DNA of 63,912 nt, counting the filler, from Octopus bimaculoides (taxonomy: Eukaryota): NCBI RefSeq assembly GCF_001194135.2. It is 7 parts of 7 records of this genome, joined end to end, with 100 filler letters (N's around TTAATTAATTAA, not from the genome) between each part and the next. Parts side by side here need not be neighbours in the genome. Positions count along the whole stretch, not along the records: positions 11,270 to 29,163 come from NC_068999.1; 6 more parts are not named here. One strand, 5' to 3'. Positions 13,070 through 25,330 of this stretch are shown piece after piece (positions within the stretch are counted from its first letter, which is position 1; each line of letters begins with the position of its first letter). The notes beneath the pieces are model-generated. The model was not told the DNA's origin, did no database searches, and worked only from the letters and a program-made list of their open reading frames with translations. Position numbers and translations under genes: made by a program.

Positions 13070-13225
13070 TGACGACGACGACGATGATGATGATGATGAT
13101 GATGATAAGAAGAAGAAGAAGAATCTTTTCTACTCTAGGCACAAGGCCCAATAATAATAATAATCTTTTCTACTCTAGGCACAAGGCCCAATAGTAGTAA
13201 TAATAATAATAATAATAATAATAAT
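13070..13225. repeat. Compound trinucleotide microsatellite containing two SINE-A tail stubs
   Basis: (GAC)(GAT)(GAA)(TAA) runs. Identical 32-mers aatcttttctactctaggcacaaggcccaata at 13122-13153 and 13162-13193. Confidence 0.9.
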
Positions 13226-14481
13226 AGATTTAGGTAGCGGCAGCATTGCGGAGTTGGTGTGCGTTGTTGCGTTTGGGATGGTTTAGTTCACTTGCAAATA
13301 AGTAACTTCCTACAGAAGTGGAATATGGTGAGGAAAGCGGCAGCAGGAAGCATAGATTTTTTTTTCTATCATAATCTGCTTAAGACTAAGAAAAACCAGC
13401 AATAAAACATGAACCATATGGAGAAATTCTTTGTAATTTCTCAGAAGAATTAACCGAAAGGAAACGAAAAGAAATCCTCTGTTTGTATTCTTCGTTTGTT
13501 CTCTCTGTTTTTTGTTTTTAATTATTCATTTATTTCAAGTGGAATTAAACAAGCATTAACGTGGGTCCGAATTCTAATGATTTATCCCTCTTAGCCATGC
13601 TGACATAGTTTTTAAGTATCTCAAAGAACTCCAAAGAAATCAAATAAAACCAAAAACTCGTAGTGCACATAATTCAATAAACGACTGACATAACCCAAAC
13701 CTAATCCCAACTTCCAGCCTACCCACCCCTTCCCCCTAACTTACTAAAATAACTAGGAATGTTTTCTATCCACTTAGCATATCGGATTATCTCCCCATGC
13801 AGACAGATTAGGTTGATTTTTTTTTTCCTTCCATTGAGTCTGTTTTCCTTAGCTCTTACAAAACGTCTTTCGTCGCCGCTTCTTTAATTAAGAATTAATC
13901 CACAACGAAAATAACCATTTCTCTACTCCATCTTAGTATTATTATTTATTACTATAAATTATTATTTAAATTTATTATTACATTTTCATTGTTGTTGTTG
14001 TTGTTGTTGTAGTGGTGGTGGCGGTGGTTGTAGTATTTAAAATTTTGTAATGAAACATTCATATTGGAGTTGTTGTTATAGAAGAGACCGAGCGTCTGTG
14101 ACGGGGATCCGTAAAAATGTAATTTTTAAGCGGATTATCTTACGCAAAAAAAAAATTATTCTGTTCCAGTTTTACTAACAGAGAGTCTACCCTGTTAGAG
14201 TATCTACCCTATTACATTGGGTGAGGGAATAAGGTGCTATTTCAAATATGTATTTACTATATAAACGCGTGTGTATGTGTGCGTGTATGTGTGTATGTCA
14301 CGAAAAGGCGCAGTCTAGAGAAAAACGGATTTAATTTTCGAAATCTTCGTCCCAAGGAGAAGATTTCTGGATATTAATAATCCCCAAAAATTTCATTTGC
14401 TAAGAGATCTAACTCAGCTTCCAGATCGCCAGCATTGACTCTCTTTAGAAGACGTCATCTTAAACTCGTGATCATGTGTGT

Positions 14482-14643
14482 GCGCAGGAGTGGCTGTGTG
14501 GTAAGTAGCTTGCTTACCAACCACTTAGTTCCGGGTTCAGTCCCACTGCGTGGCACCTTGAACAAGTGTCTTCTACTATAGCCTCGGGTTGACCAACGCT
14601 TTGTGAGTGGATTCGGTACACGGAAACTGAAGGAGCCCGTCGC
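14482..14643 (+). mobile_element. SINE family B, 5' half
   Basis: Near-identical to the 5' half of the 54475 copy. tRNA-like head (tggctgtgtgg; ggttcagtccc). Ends in (TA)n. Confidence 0.92.
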
Positions 14644-14699
<56 letters not shown>

Positions 14700-14734
14700 G
14701 TAAATAAAAAACAACGAAGAACAAACACACAAAA

Positions 14735-14910
14735 ATAACAACGCGAGGATGTGGTACATGTAAGGTATTAGCAGACGCTCAGGGAAGGAAGGAAAGATGG
14801 TTTAACGTTTCGAGCAGACACTCTTCTTCAAAAACAGAAGAATGTCGAGTAGAAAAGGAAGACGGAGAAAGAAAATCGCCAACGATTCAAACGTGGTTAC
14901 AGAGGAGTTG
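14735..14910 (-). mobile_element. Penelope-like repeat fragment
   Basis: Contains the minimal hammerhead-like motif at 14800-14835; such motifs are associated with Penelope-like elements. Confidence 0.45.
14800..14835 (-). ncRNA. Minimal type-I hammerhead-ribozyme-like motif (C3>U)
   Basis: GUUU-UUGAAGA-A-GAG(UGUCUG)CUC-GAA-ACGU-U-AAAC. Stems I and II pair; palindromic ACGU in place of stem III. Confidence 0.5.
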
Positions 14911-15403
14911 TGGTTGAAATACTGAGAGGAGACAGAATGTCCGAAGCATGTTAAACATGCCTTGTGTATAGCTAGTGCGCCAAACATGTTGCCGTATGCT
15001 AGTACCGCAGTCAGTGGGTTCCAAGAAAATAAACCTTGCAAGCAGGGAAATTGGCAAAGCGGCTGACCTTTGGTTTCTTTTCAGCCTTGTGTATTACTAG
15101 ACTACAACACTTTCCAGTCAGTCGACATTCGAGGCCAAAGATAGATATTTTCAGCATTTCTTTTTTCGTAATTTATGTACTTATGTATGGATCCGTGTAT
15201 GTAGGTAAAGTATGTGTATGTATCTGTTTATGTATGTGTGCATTTGTCTTGCCGAGCTCCGTTTTGCACCACTGTAAAGGCCCATCTCCGACGTTAATGT
15301 TACAGCCTGTGCGGCATGTTTCCGACAGGATCTCTAAACTTAAGCAACAATGGGTACTACTGGTAGTGTGTGTTTGTACATGTGTGTCATACACGCACGC
15401 ACG

Positions 15404-15450
<47 letters not shown>

Positions 15451-15451
15451 G

Positions 15452-15681
15452 TACTATTTATTTATTGCCCACAAGGGGCTAAACATACAGGGGACAAACA
15501 AAGACAGACAAAGGGATTAAGTCGATTACATCGACTCCAGTGCGTAATTGGTACTTAATTTATCGACCAAGAAAAGATGAAAGAGAAAGTCGACCTCGGC
15601 GCAATTTGAACTCAGAACGTGACGGCAGACGAAATACCGCTAAGCATCCCGCCCAGCTCGCTAACGCTTCTGCCAGCTCGC
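15452..15681 (-). mobile_element. SINE family A, tail type A2
   Basis: A body plus the alternative tail ...ttgtctgtc(t/c)ttgtttgtcccct(g/c)tatgtttagccccttgtgggcaataaa. Head runs into a gap. Confidence 0.9.
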
Positions 15682-15802
15682 NNNNNNNNNNNNNNNNNNN
15701 NNNNNNNNNNNNNNNNNNNNNNNNNNNNNNNNNNNNNNNNNNNNNNNNNNNNNNNNNNNNNNNNNNNNNNNNNNNNNNNNNNNNNNNNNNNNNNNNNNNN
15801 NN

Positions 15803-15836
<34 letters not shown>

Positions 15837-16271
15837 GTTTGTGTTTAGACATATATTTCTATACATACGTATATGATTTATTTTCTTATGCCGATAAATA
15901 CATATATATACATGTGTGTGTAAGTTGTGTATATATATATATATATGTGTGTGTGTGCGTGTGTATGGTGTATATATATATCTATATACATATATATCAA
16001 ACGGACATTATGTAATGTTTCTTCATAGTTGCTATTTCCACATTTATTAAAATATTGACATTTTTCTTTCCTCCAAATTTAGACCACAATCAATAATAAT
16101 GTTAATTACTGGTGTAATTAACAATATTGCCTATTTGTTTAATTCAATAGACAATTATTTTACCCAAAATGGAAACGCATGTGATCGCAGCCAGCCACCA
16201 TTCTTGTACGCGAAGCGTTGCAAAACCACTTTCTCGGTTTCTAGACATGGCGTTTGGCCAAAGCTACTCAC

Positions 16272-16313
16272 CACATCGCAATAGACTCCACCACTAACTG
16301 GCTATTTGGTCTG
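16272..16313 (-). CDS. Candidate 42-nt symmetric micro-exon (unverified)
   Basis: ttgctattttcAG|cag...ATGTG|GTGAGT on minus, with a NAGNAG acceptor. One open frame, RPNSQLVVESIAM. Confidence 0.2.
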
Positions 16314-16577
16314 CTGAAAATAGCAACCATGTTTACGATAAATAAATTCTAAGATAATATAGTCTTCAATAGATCGCGTTTTGATAGAACGCAACGTTTT
16401 AACGGTCGTATTCATACCCTACTCACTTATGTCAGAAGCACCCGATGAATTTTGTAAATTAGTTCCAAGTACATCCGGAAGTGACTTGCACATCTGTTAC
16501 AGATACATTATATACGCATCCCTCACGTTACATAAACACTGTGTAATGTTGAATTCAGCAACATGAAACCTATTTAC

Positions 16578-16712
16578 ATTTGACGGGTATGCGTCCTCAT
16601 CTTGTTTGTCGTTAACACAACGTTTCGGCTGATATACTCTCCAGCCTTCATCGGGTGTCTTGGGGACATTTCGAATGTGGGTTCTCATTCCTAAGGTATT
16701 TTTCGATGTTAT
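16578..16712 (-). mobile_element. Penelope-like repeat fragment
   Basis: Carries the hammerhead-like motif at 16614-16659. Confidence 0.45.
16614..16659 (-). ncRNA. Minimal type-I hammerhead-ribozyme-like motif (U4>C)
   Basis: GACAC-CCGAUGA-A-GGCUG(GAGAGUAUAU)CAGCC-GAA-ACGU-U-GUGUU. 5-bp stem I (one G-U) and perfect 5-bp stem II. Confidence 0.55.
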
Positions 16713-16715
16713 AAG

Positions 16716-16778
16716 GCCACTGCTTTGAATCGAACTATGGATCTTGGGATTAGTAGCTCGCGCTCTTAACCACTATGC
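16716..16778 (-). mobile_element. tRNA-like SINE head fragment
   Basis: Minus strand gcatagtggttaagagcgcgagc...agttcgattc has A-box-like and B-box-like motifs but no cloverleaf. Confidence 0.6.
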
Positions 16779-17249
16779 TTATTTGTCATTGAGTTTTTAT
16801 TTTCATGTAAGTTGATGAACAAAGGAGACAATTGGAAATGTGTCTCGCGATACGAAATTCGAAGTTATGATAAGATTACTGGGTCTGTTAGAATGTCAGT
16901 ATCTGAGGAAAAGAACCAGATGAAATGGCCAGCATAGCTGCAACGCGTAATGCCGTTATCTGGATAAAAACAAATTGGGTTGTTTACATTGCTCATATTG
17001 TTGTGTGAGTTCCATACGTGCACACAGGCATTCAGAGATATACAATCATCATCGGCACCAGTGTTATGTATATATGTGTGTGTGCGCGCGTGCTTGTCTG
17101 TCTGTTCATGTGTGCGTGTGGTATAATGTAAATACATTTATACACAGATACATACACACACATACGCATGTATGTGTTTTCATGTCTCCATACATGTTCA
17201 TGAAAACACACATGCAGGCATGCGAAAGCAGGCGCACACACATATACAC

Positions 17250-17283
<34 letters not shown>

Positions 17284-17469
17284 NNNNNNNNNNNNNNNNN
17301 NNNNNNNNNNNNNNNNNNNNNNNNNNNNNNNNNNNNNNNNNNNNNNNNNNNNNNNNNNNNNNNNNNNNNNNNNNNNNNNNNNNNNNNNNNNNNNNNNNNN
17401 NNNNNNNNNNNNNNNNNNNNNNNNNTATATATATATATATAAGCAATGTTAAATCTCTGAACGAGGTGC

Positions 17470-17501
<32 letters not shown>

Positions 17502-17864
17502 TATATAGGTCCTATAAATAAGACAACAATTAAGCATATATATTCGGAAACACATATATATATATATATGCGCATATATGTATATATATAATACATGCAC
17601 TCACCCACCACCCACACAGAGGCAATATCAGACAAGATACAATCTCTGAAATGTTTACCAGATATTGATTTGAGTGTATATAAACTCACGTATACACACT
17701 GTACAGTTGCCAGTGCGCATGTTTACATAGCTGCTGCTTATGTCAAAGTATGTTTACATTAATGGCTAAATAGATAGATTTATGTATGCGCACGTGCGCG
17801 CGCGTGCACACACACACACATATATATATACACATATATTTATACACATATACATATATATATT

Positions 17865-17908
<44 letters not shown>

Positions 17909-18468
17909 TGCATTGGGTAAAGGGGTGTGTGTTTTGTGCGTAGATTTGCATATATTTAATTTAATGTTTTGGTCTTCACATTATATTTTGGCATCATGAT
18001 ATATACCGTTCTACATCAACATCCATATACACCCACCACACATGTAAATTTAGCAACTATGTTCGTGTGTGTATATATGTATGTTCGTGTCAGTCATATA
18101 CACTCACCGTGGGTACAAGCGCACCATGTGATATACATCCAATGAATTCAAAAGAGTAACGAAGACACAAGCGTGTATATGCATTAACTCACATATATGC
18201 GTATAAACACACGTATGTGAGACTTGCGTATACTGAGTTGCATCTATCAAAGCTGCATTTATATACGTGTGTGCGCGAGGCTTCACATACATGCAATCAT
18301 ATAGACATGTGATCGTATAAATGTGTACGTTTGATTGTAACGGAATTCATATCTGTATGCTTTCTATTCAAACGCATACATACGTTTTTACACGCATGCT
18401 CACGCATATACATATCTATGTGTGTGTACGTGTGTGTATGTATGAGTGTGTGTATACATGGTTGCAAA

Positions 18469-18505
<37 letters not shown>

Positions 18506-18671
18506 GCATATATATGTATGTATGAGCATATGTTTATATACACATACACACTCCAACATTCTTATATAATATGAAAACATTCTCTAATGCATGTGTGTAT
18601 GTGCATATGCGTGTGTTTGTGTGTGTGCGGGTAGATATATTTATGCACAAACATTTTTACACCTACACTCA

Positions 18672-18710
<39 letters not shown>

Positions 18711-19499
18711 CGTACATGTATATATTCAGACATGCATATATTTATATATTATTTTCACTGCTATCAAGTGTCCCAGGAGTGAAGCAGATTTTTAACACTA
18801 TATTAATGCTATGTGCTTATATTACTTACGGGACAGCTGGCATTAACACTAAAATACATTGATATATTGCCTTTTTTCTAATGCACATGTGAATAATGCA
18901 ATGGAACAGGCACACCAATAAATACACAGACAGGCTTATAACTACAGCCACACATTCACCTATACATCTATGTAACTACATTGAGAAACAGAATGGGCCG
19001 TAAGTGCATCGCATCCATTATCAATATACATATATGTGGGTATGTGTGTGTGAGAGAGAGAGAAAGAGAAAGAGAGAGAAGCCTTCGTACATTTATATAT
19101 ATATATATATATACCCTCGGTACGAATTCACTTTAATACCCATAATTATTGGCGCACTTCGTTATATTAATAAATGACTAAGTGACAATCTGGAAAAGCT
19201 AAGGTTTTCAGGACAGGAAAATAAACTGCTAACTCCTACGTTACAAATGCAAATCTCTAAGTGGAACAGTGTTAAATATGCAAGGTTTTTTTTCTTTTTT
19301 AGTTTTGTTTGCTTGGCTGGTTTTTTTGTTTATTGAAATTTCAGCCTATATCACTTATCACTGTTGATATCCAAATTCTAATGATGCAGATTTGCGCTTT
19401 GTGACGGAGTCAGAAACCAGACCGTTCCTTCTTGGAAGAATTCTTATAAATAAAACAGAAAATGAAAGAGCATACGCGAGTTTTATATATATATATATT

Positions 19500-19660
19500 C
19501 GCAGGAGTGGCTATGTGGTAAGAAGCTTGCATCACTGCCACATGGTTCTGGGTTCAGTCCACTGCGTGACACCTTGAGCAAGTGTCTTCTACTATAGCCT
19601 CGGGCCGACCAAAGCCTTGTGAGTGGATTTGGTAGACGGAAATTGAAAGAAGTCTGTGGC
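19500..19660 (+). mobile_element. SINE family B, 5' half
   Basis: Aligns with the 14482 and 54475 copies. Confidence 0.9.
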
Positions 19661-22600
19661 GTGGATTGTATGAGCCACAGAATCCGGAGTGTACTTTTGA
19701 TCTTTGTTTGATATAGGCACACGCACACATGTATATACATACATGGATGTGAGTACGTGTATAAGCTCTGTCTTATGATATCGAGTACACTCGTACATAA
19801 ATAATCATATATTAATAGCATATAACAATGTATAGATACTGCAAGAGTTAATTTGGGTTTTTATCTCCTCAAAAAGTAGAACACCACTTTTAATGTAAAG
19901 TCACCTCCATTCAATTTCCAAAATATATTCTGTGTATAAATATTAAATTGTGCTTATTCTTGGTTGTGCCGTTTATTCCAATATATTTTGTTTTATTCTT
20001 ACTTTTTCTTCACCCGCTTGTTGTTGTTGTTAATGTTTGAGATTCCAGAGTTTGTAGCATCTTTCGCTTGTGTATTTTAATAATGAAACATATGCAGATT
20101 ATGTTATTTCCGGTATATTTAGATGATTAAATATATATATATAGGCTTTGATTAACTTCATCTTGAGATATCGGTTACTATTGGAACGTTAACATTCATT
20201 TATAAGATATAGCTTTGAATATATTGCAAGAATGAATTACATACATGCAGGAGGGATTGAGAACCCCTTTTAGTTAGTTTCTCATAGTTCCTTCTCGCTT
20301 TCATGAGGAAAAGTTTGCATGGTTAACAGGATCCTATACTTTTTCCGTAATGTTTAACTTGTCCATAACTTTTCTGAGAAGAAAATGACTATGCTATGCT
20401 AACGAGGCTAAGCAGAGGCAAAACGCAACCAAAGTTATCGCCTACCACCATCTTCCGAACGAAGATCAGATGCTCTTTTTCTCTAAAGCATGCTAATTCT
20501 AATGTAGTTCGTAATTCCTAGAAATGACTTCTACTTCTACTGTTATAAATTATTCAGTTCCACGAATGAAATTTTAATATCGTGTACGGCTTACAGGAAA
20601 CCCTCCGCCGTCATTGTAATACAAAATCGATGGCATTAGCTTCTTTCAGTTATTTTTTTCCCGAAGTTCCTTTCCGTTTTAATTAAGCTATTTGTCCTTG
20701 TCTACGTAAGACTGAATTATCCTTCAGGTAATGTTAATTTTTTTTTCATATCTATGCGAAACAAGTAAGACTATGATATACTAGTGGTGCTAAACCAAAA
20801 TTGAAACGCATCCATAAATGTTCCTCTTCTCTATTTATATATATATATAAGTGCATATATATATACATTCATTTCAAGGATGTCGTGTCCTCATTAGGGA
20901 TTAGTAAATCCAAAATTTCATTGGTTTAATCTCCATCATATTAGAAGAAAATCTCTACAATATGTTAGAGATTATTATAATAAGTATTATTAATAATTTA
21001 TTTCTATTATAGTTTGAAGTGAAAATATAAAATACTCAAAAAACCTACATATGTTTCGACTCTGGCCACTTAGTAATTCATAACTCGAAGGATATGGGTG
21101 AAATCAAATGTTAAGAATTTGTTATTTTAAACTGTATGGGGCAGAATCTGTTCAGGGTTGTTTTTTTTTTTTGTTTTTTTTTTTTATAAAACGAAGGTTA
21201 GGTCTTTCTTGTAGGGATTCAAATCAAAACCTGAGGAAGGCTAAAAAGATACATAGATATATATATATATAACTAAAGACTTGTTTTGTTTATGCTTTCC
21301 CCTCCGGTTTTTTGTTCTATGTGTGCCATAAATATCGCCATCCATTTAGAGAAAAATTTGTAGTTTAGAATCAGTATGTTGGAGAAGCAACTCAATGCTA
21401 ATCCCTGTATATTTATGATGATAAATGGTTTTACCGATAAAGGTTTTTTTCATACTGAACNNNNNNNNNNNNNNNNNNNNNNNNNNNNNNNNNNNNNNNN
21501 NNNNNNNNNNNNNNNNNNNNNNNNNNNNNNNNNNNNNNNNNNNNNNNNNNNNNNNNNNNNNNNNNNNNNNNNNNNNNNNNNNNNNNNNNNNNNNNNNNNN
21601 NNNNNNNNNNNNNNNNNNNNNNNNNNNNNNNNNNNNNNNNNNNNNNNNNNNNNNNNNNNNNNNNNNNNNNNNNNNNNNNNNNNNNNNNNNNNNNNNNNNN
21701 NNNNNNNNNNNNNNNNNNNNNNNNNNNNNNNNNNNNNNNNNNNNNNNNNNNNNNNNNNNNNNNNNNNNNNNNNNNNNNNNNNNNNNNNNNNNNNNNNNNN
21801 NNNNNNNNNNNNNNNNNNNNNNNNNNNNNNNNNNNNNNNNNNNNNNNNNNNNNNNNNNNNNNNNNNNNNNNNNNNNNNNNNNNNNNNNNNNNNNNNNNNN
21901 NNNNNNNNNNNNNNNNNNNNNNNNNNNNNNNNNNNNNNNNNNNNNNNNNNNNNNNNNNNNNNNNNNNNNNNNNNNNNNNNNNNNNNNNNNNNNNNNNNNN
22001 NNNNNNNNNNNNNNNNNNNNNNNNNNNNNNNNNNNNNNNNNNNNNNNNNNNNNNNNNNNNNNNNNNNNNNNNNNNNNNNNNNNNNNNNNNNNNNNNNNNN
22101 NNNNNNNNNNNNNNNNNNNNNNNNNNNNNNNNNNNNNNNNNNNNNNNNNNNNNNNNNNNNNNNNNNNNNNNNNNNNNNNNNNNNNNNNNNNNNNNNNNNN
22201 NNNNNNNNNNNNNNNNNNNNNNNNNNNNNNNNNNNNNNNNATATATATATATATATATATAAAAGCCCATATGTGGTTACATACACACATACACAGATGT
22301 GTTCATTTGTGTTTGTATATTTTACTTACAAATAACAAACGTGTATATATGTGTGCATACATATGTATGGTATATATGTGCGTGTGTATGCTTGTATGCA
22401 TGGTATGTGTATATGTATGTAGGTACGGATGTGTGCGTTTGTGGTTGTCTGTTTGTATAGTCTCTGATTAGACAGTTTTGTCAAGTATAAACAACTTGAG
22501 TCTTGTAAGATAAATCAAATTCGCTAAAACTGTCTAAATATCGGTCGGTTTTAATTCAATAGAGAAATTGGAGGTTAGGTGGTCGCTTAACTGACGGCTA

Positions 22601-22864
22601 GCTGCAGAATCGAAGAATGGGGGTGGTTGATATACAATAGAAACGTGGCGAGAGAGAGAGACAGACAGAGAGATAGGTAATAAACACAGCCGTCACTTGC
22701 AAGCGAGTATGATCTAGCGGTGTGTATAATGTTCGACTCGATCAAGTGTGAGTGTGCGTGTTGTGTTGTGTGTTGCTGCCAATAAGAGCCTCACTCCAAT
22801 GCTACTCCGAAACAATATAATTACAAGTGAGAGTTTATTTACTTATTGAGCGTTACTTAGGTGA

Positions 22865-23470
22865 AAAGTCAACCTCGGCGGAATTTGAGCTCAGAACGTA
22901 AAGACAGAAGAAATACCGCTAAGCAAATTTCGCCGAGGTCGACTTTGCCTTTTATCCTTTCGGGGTCGATAAATTAGGTACCAGTGAAACACTTGGGTCA
23001 ATGTAATCGACTAGTCACCTCCCCCCCCCCCAGAATTTGAAGCCTTGTGTCTCCAACAGAAAGGGTTATTATTAATTATTATTATTATTCATTAAGATCG
23101 ACTTTGCCTTTCATCCTTTCGGGGTCGATAAAATAAGTACCAGTAGAGTACTGGGGTCGATGTAATTGACTTAACACCTACCCACAGAATTGCTGGCCTT
23201 GTGTCAACATTTGAAACCATTCTTATGATTATTATTATTAAAGCGGTGAGCTGGTAGAATTGTTAGCACGCCGGACAAAATGCTTAGCGGCGTTTCGTCC
23301 GTATTTACATTCTGAGTTTATATTCTGCCGAGGTAGACGTTAACTGTCATCCTTTTGAGGTCGATAAAATAAGTACCATTTGACCAGTGAGGTCAATGTA
23401 ATCGACTTAACTCCTCTCTCGCGAAATTACTTGCATTGTGCCAAAATTTAAAACCATTATTATTATTATT
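22865..23470 (+). mobile_element. Cluster of three SINE-A copies; the first has an inverted 5' segment
   Basis: Inverted arm 22865-22924, sense arm 22925-~23070, 3'-half copy ~23095-23230, full copy ~23240-23470. Copies are separated by (ATT)n. Confidence 0.88.
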
Positions 23471-23845
23471 ACTTCTTCAAGAAAGAACCTCTTGATCGTT
23501 TCACCTTTCGTTTCAGACCCATCATGGTCATGTAGTCTCTCCGATAACTTAGCGAACTTTCAGCGATTCCATCAAATCGCAAAGTAATCATACTAATTTG
23601 TACACGTGCTGGCTTGCAGCAAGAGAAAAATCTGACGAATCGCGTTGATAATTTACGAGACAAATTTGATTTCTCAGTATTTTTCTCTACATCAATACAT
23701 TGATTACCTCCATTTGTCTATGGTGGTCGAGTTCATTCCTAGCCTCTTTCATTTTTTCTGTTTTCCAGTCTGTCTGACCTCCCCGTCGATAATAATTTAG
23801 TAAATGCTGTACACACGCACACATTATATATATATAGTACTTATA

Positions 23846-23948
23846 GGCGCAAGCGTGGCTGTGTGGTAAGTAGCTTGCTTAACAGCCACATGGTTCCGGG
23901 TTCAGTCCCACTGCGTGGAACCTTGGGCAAGTGTCTTCTGCTATAGTC
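23846..23948 (+). mobile_element. SINE family B head, 3'-truncated
   Basis: ggcgcaagcgtggctgtgtggtaag...ggttcagtcccactgcgtgg...aagtgtcttctgctatag. Confidence 0.9.
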
Positions 23949-24784
23949 TCATGACAAAACCGGTCCCTCCAAAAGAGAAGGGCTTCTACACAATTTCCGC
24001 CTCGCTCAAATTGCCATTCAAGAAGCTGTAAGAATCAAAAGCTCTTCTCAGATATTCATAAATTTTTTAACCAACCTCAAAATAGAGAAACGTGTACCAA
24101 CGCCATGTTGTGCCATGCCATAGCTATCTTAGACCAGGGAAGAGTTATCAAAAGACTAGTTTGTCCGTCGGAATGTATTAGACACAATCTATTACTAATC
24201 AATTGAATTAGTTAATTTGGGCTCTCTCTTTCTTTTTCATCTTCGCTGTTCTAGTCCTGATGATGATGATGATGATGATGATGTTGTTGATACCAAAATT
24301 TCTCGTTTCCTTTATTGATTTTTGTTTTGTTTTTTAAATCTTCGGTGTTTGTTGCTGTTGTTATTACGGTATTAATTTTGTTGTTTATTTATTTGTTGGT
24401 TGGCTGGCTGGCTGGCTGGTTGGGGGTTCCGCTGTTTATTATGTACATTGCCGCCATTCTTCAGTGTTCTATCAAATCATTGATTTAAAGCGAGTTCTTT
24501 TAAAACATCTTTTGATCTCTCAGATGTCAAATAGTATTAATAAAGGCCGATGTTGTTGTTGTTGTTGTTGTTCTTCTTCTTCTTCTTCTTGTTGCGCGAT
24601 GGTTTCTTTGACTTTTTGTTTTATCATTTGATATAGAAAAAAATAAAAATTGTTGTTGTTGTTGTTGGCCGGAAGTGAAAGAAAACGATATAAACCGTGA
24701 TATACAATTGGTTTGAAATGCAATAAGGTCAGCGCTTCCAACAAGAAGCATTTCTGTATGCGTGTGTGCGTGTGTGTGTGTGTG

Positions 24785-25330
24785 TGCACGCGCGCATGCT
24801 CGCACGCATATTCGTGTGTATGTGTGTCTATGTATGTGTGTAAGTGGCCTTCAATGCATGTGTGTGCGAGCGCTCGCACGTATATTTTTCTGTGTGTCTG
24901 TGTGTATGTGCAAATGGCCTTCAATGTGTGTGTGTGTGTGTGCTCACGTGCTCGCACGCATATTCGCGTCCATGTGCGTATATGTGTGTATGGCCTTCAA
25001 TGTATCTGTGTGTGTGTGTGCGAGCGCTCGCACGTATATTTTTCTGTGTGTCTGTGTGTATGTGCAAATGGCCTTCAATGTGTGTGTGTGTGTGCTCACG
25101 TGCTCGCACGCATATGTGCNNNNNNNNNNNNNNNNNNNNNNNNNNNNNNNNNNNNNNNNNNNNNNNNNNNNNNNNNNNNNNNNNTGTGTGTGCGAGCGCT
25201 CGCACGTATATTTTTCTGTGTGTCTGTGTGTATGTGCAAATGGCCTTCAATGTGTGTGTGTGTGTGTGCTCACGTGCTCGCACGCATATTCGCGTCCATG
25301 TGCGTATATGTGTGTATGGCCTTCAATGTA
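24785..25330. repeat. Higher-order (GT)-rich minisatellite, ~75-bp units in A/B alternation
   Basis: Anchor tggccttcaatg at 24845, 24915, 24991, 25069, 25241 and 25317; two unit types alternate. Confidence 0.92.

Noticed and set aside
24520-24957. Poly-Q/E/N ORFs
   Set aside because: (TTG)n/(TTC)n microsatellites and the GT minisatellite.
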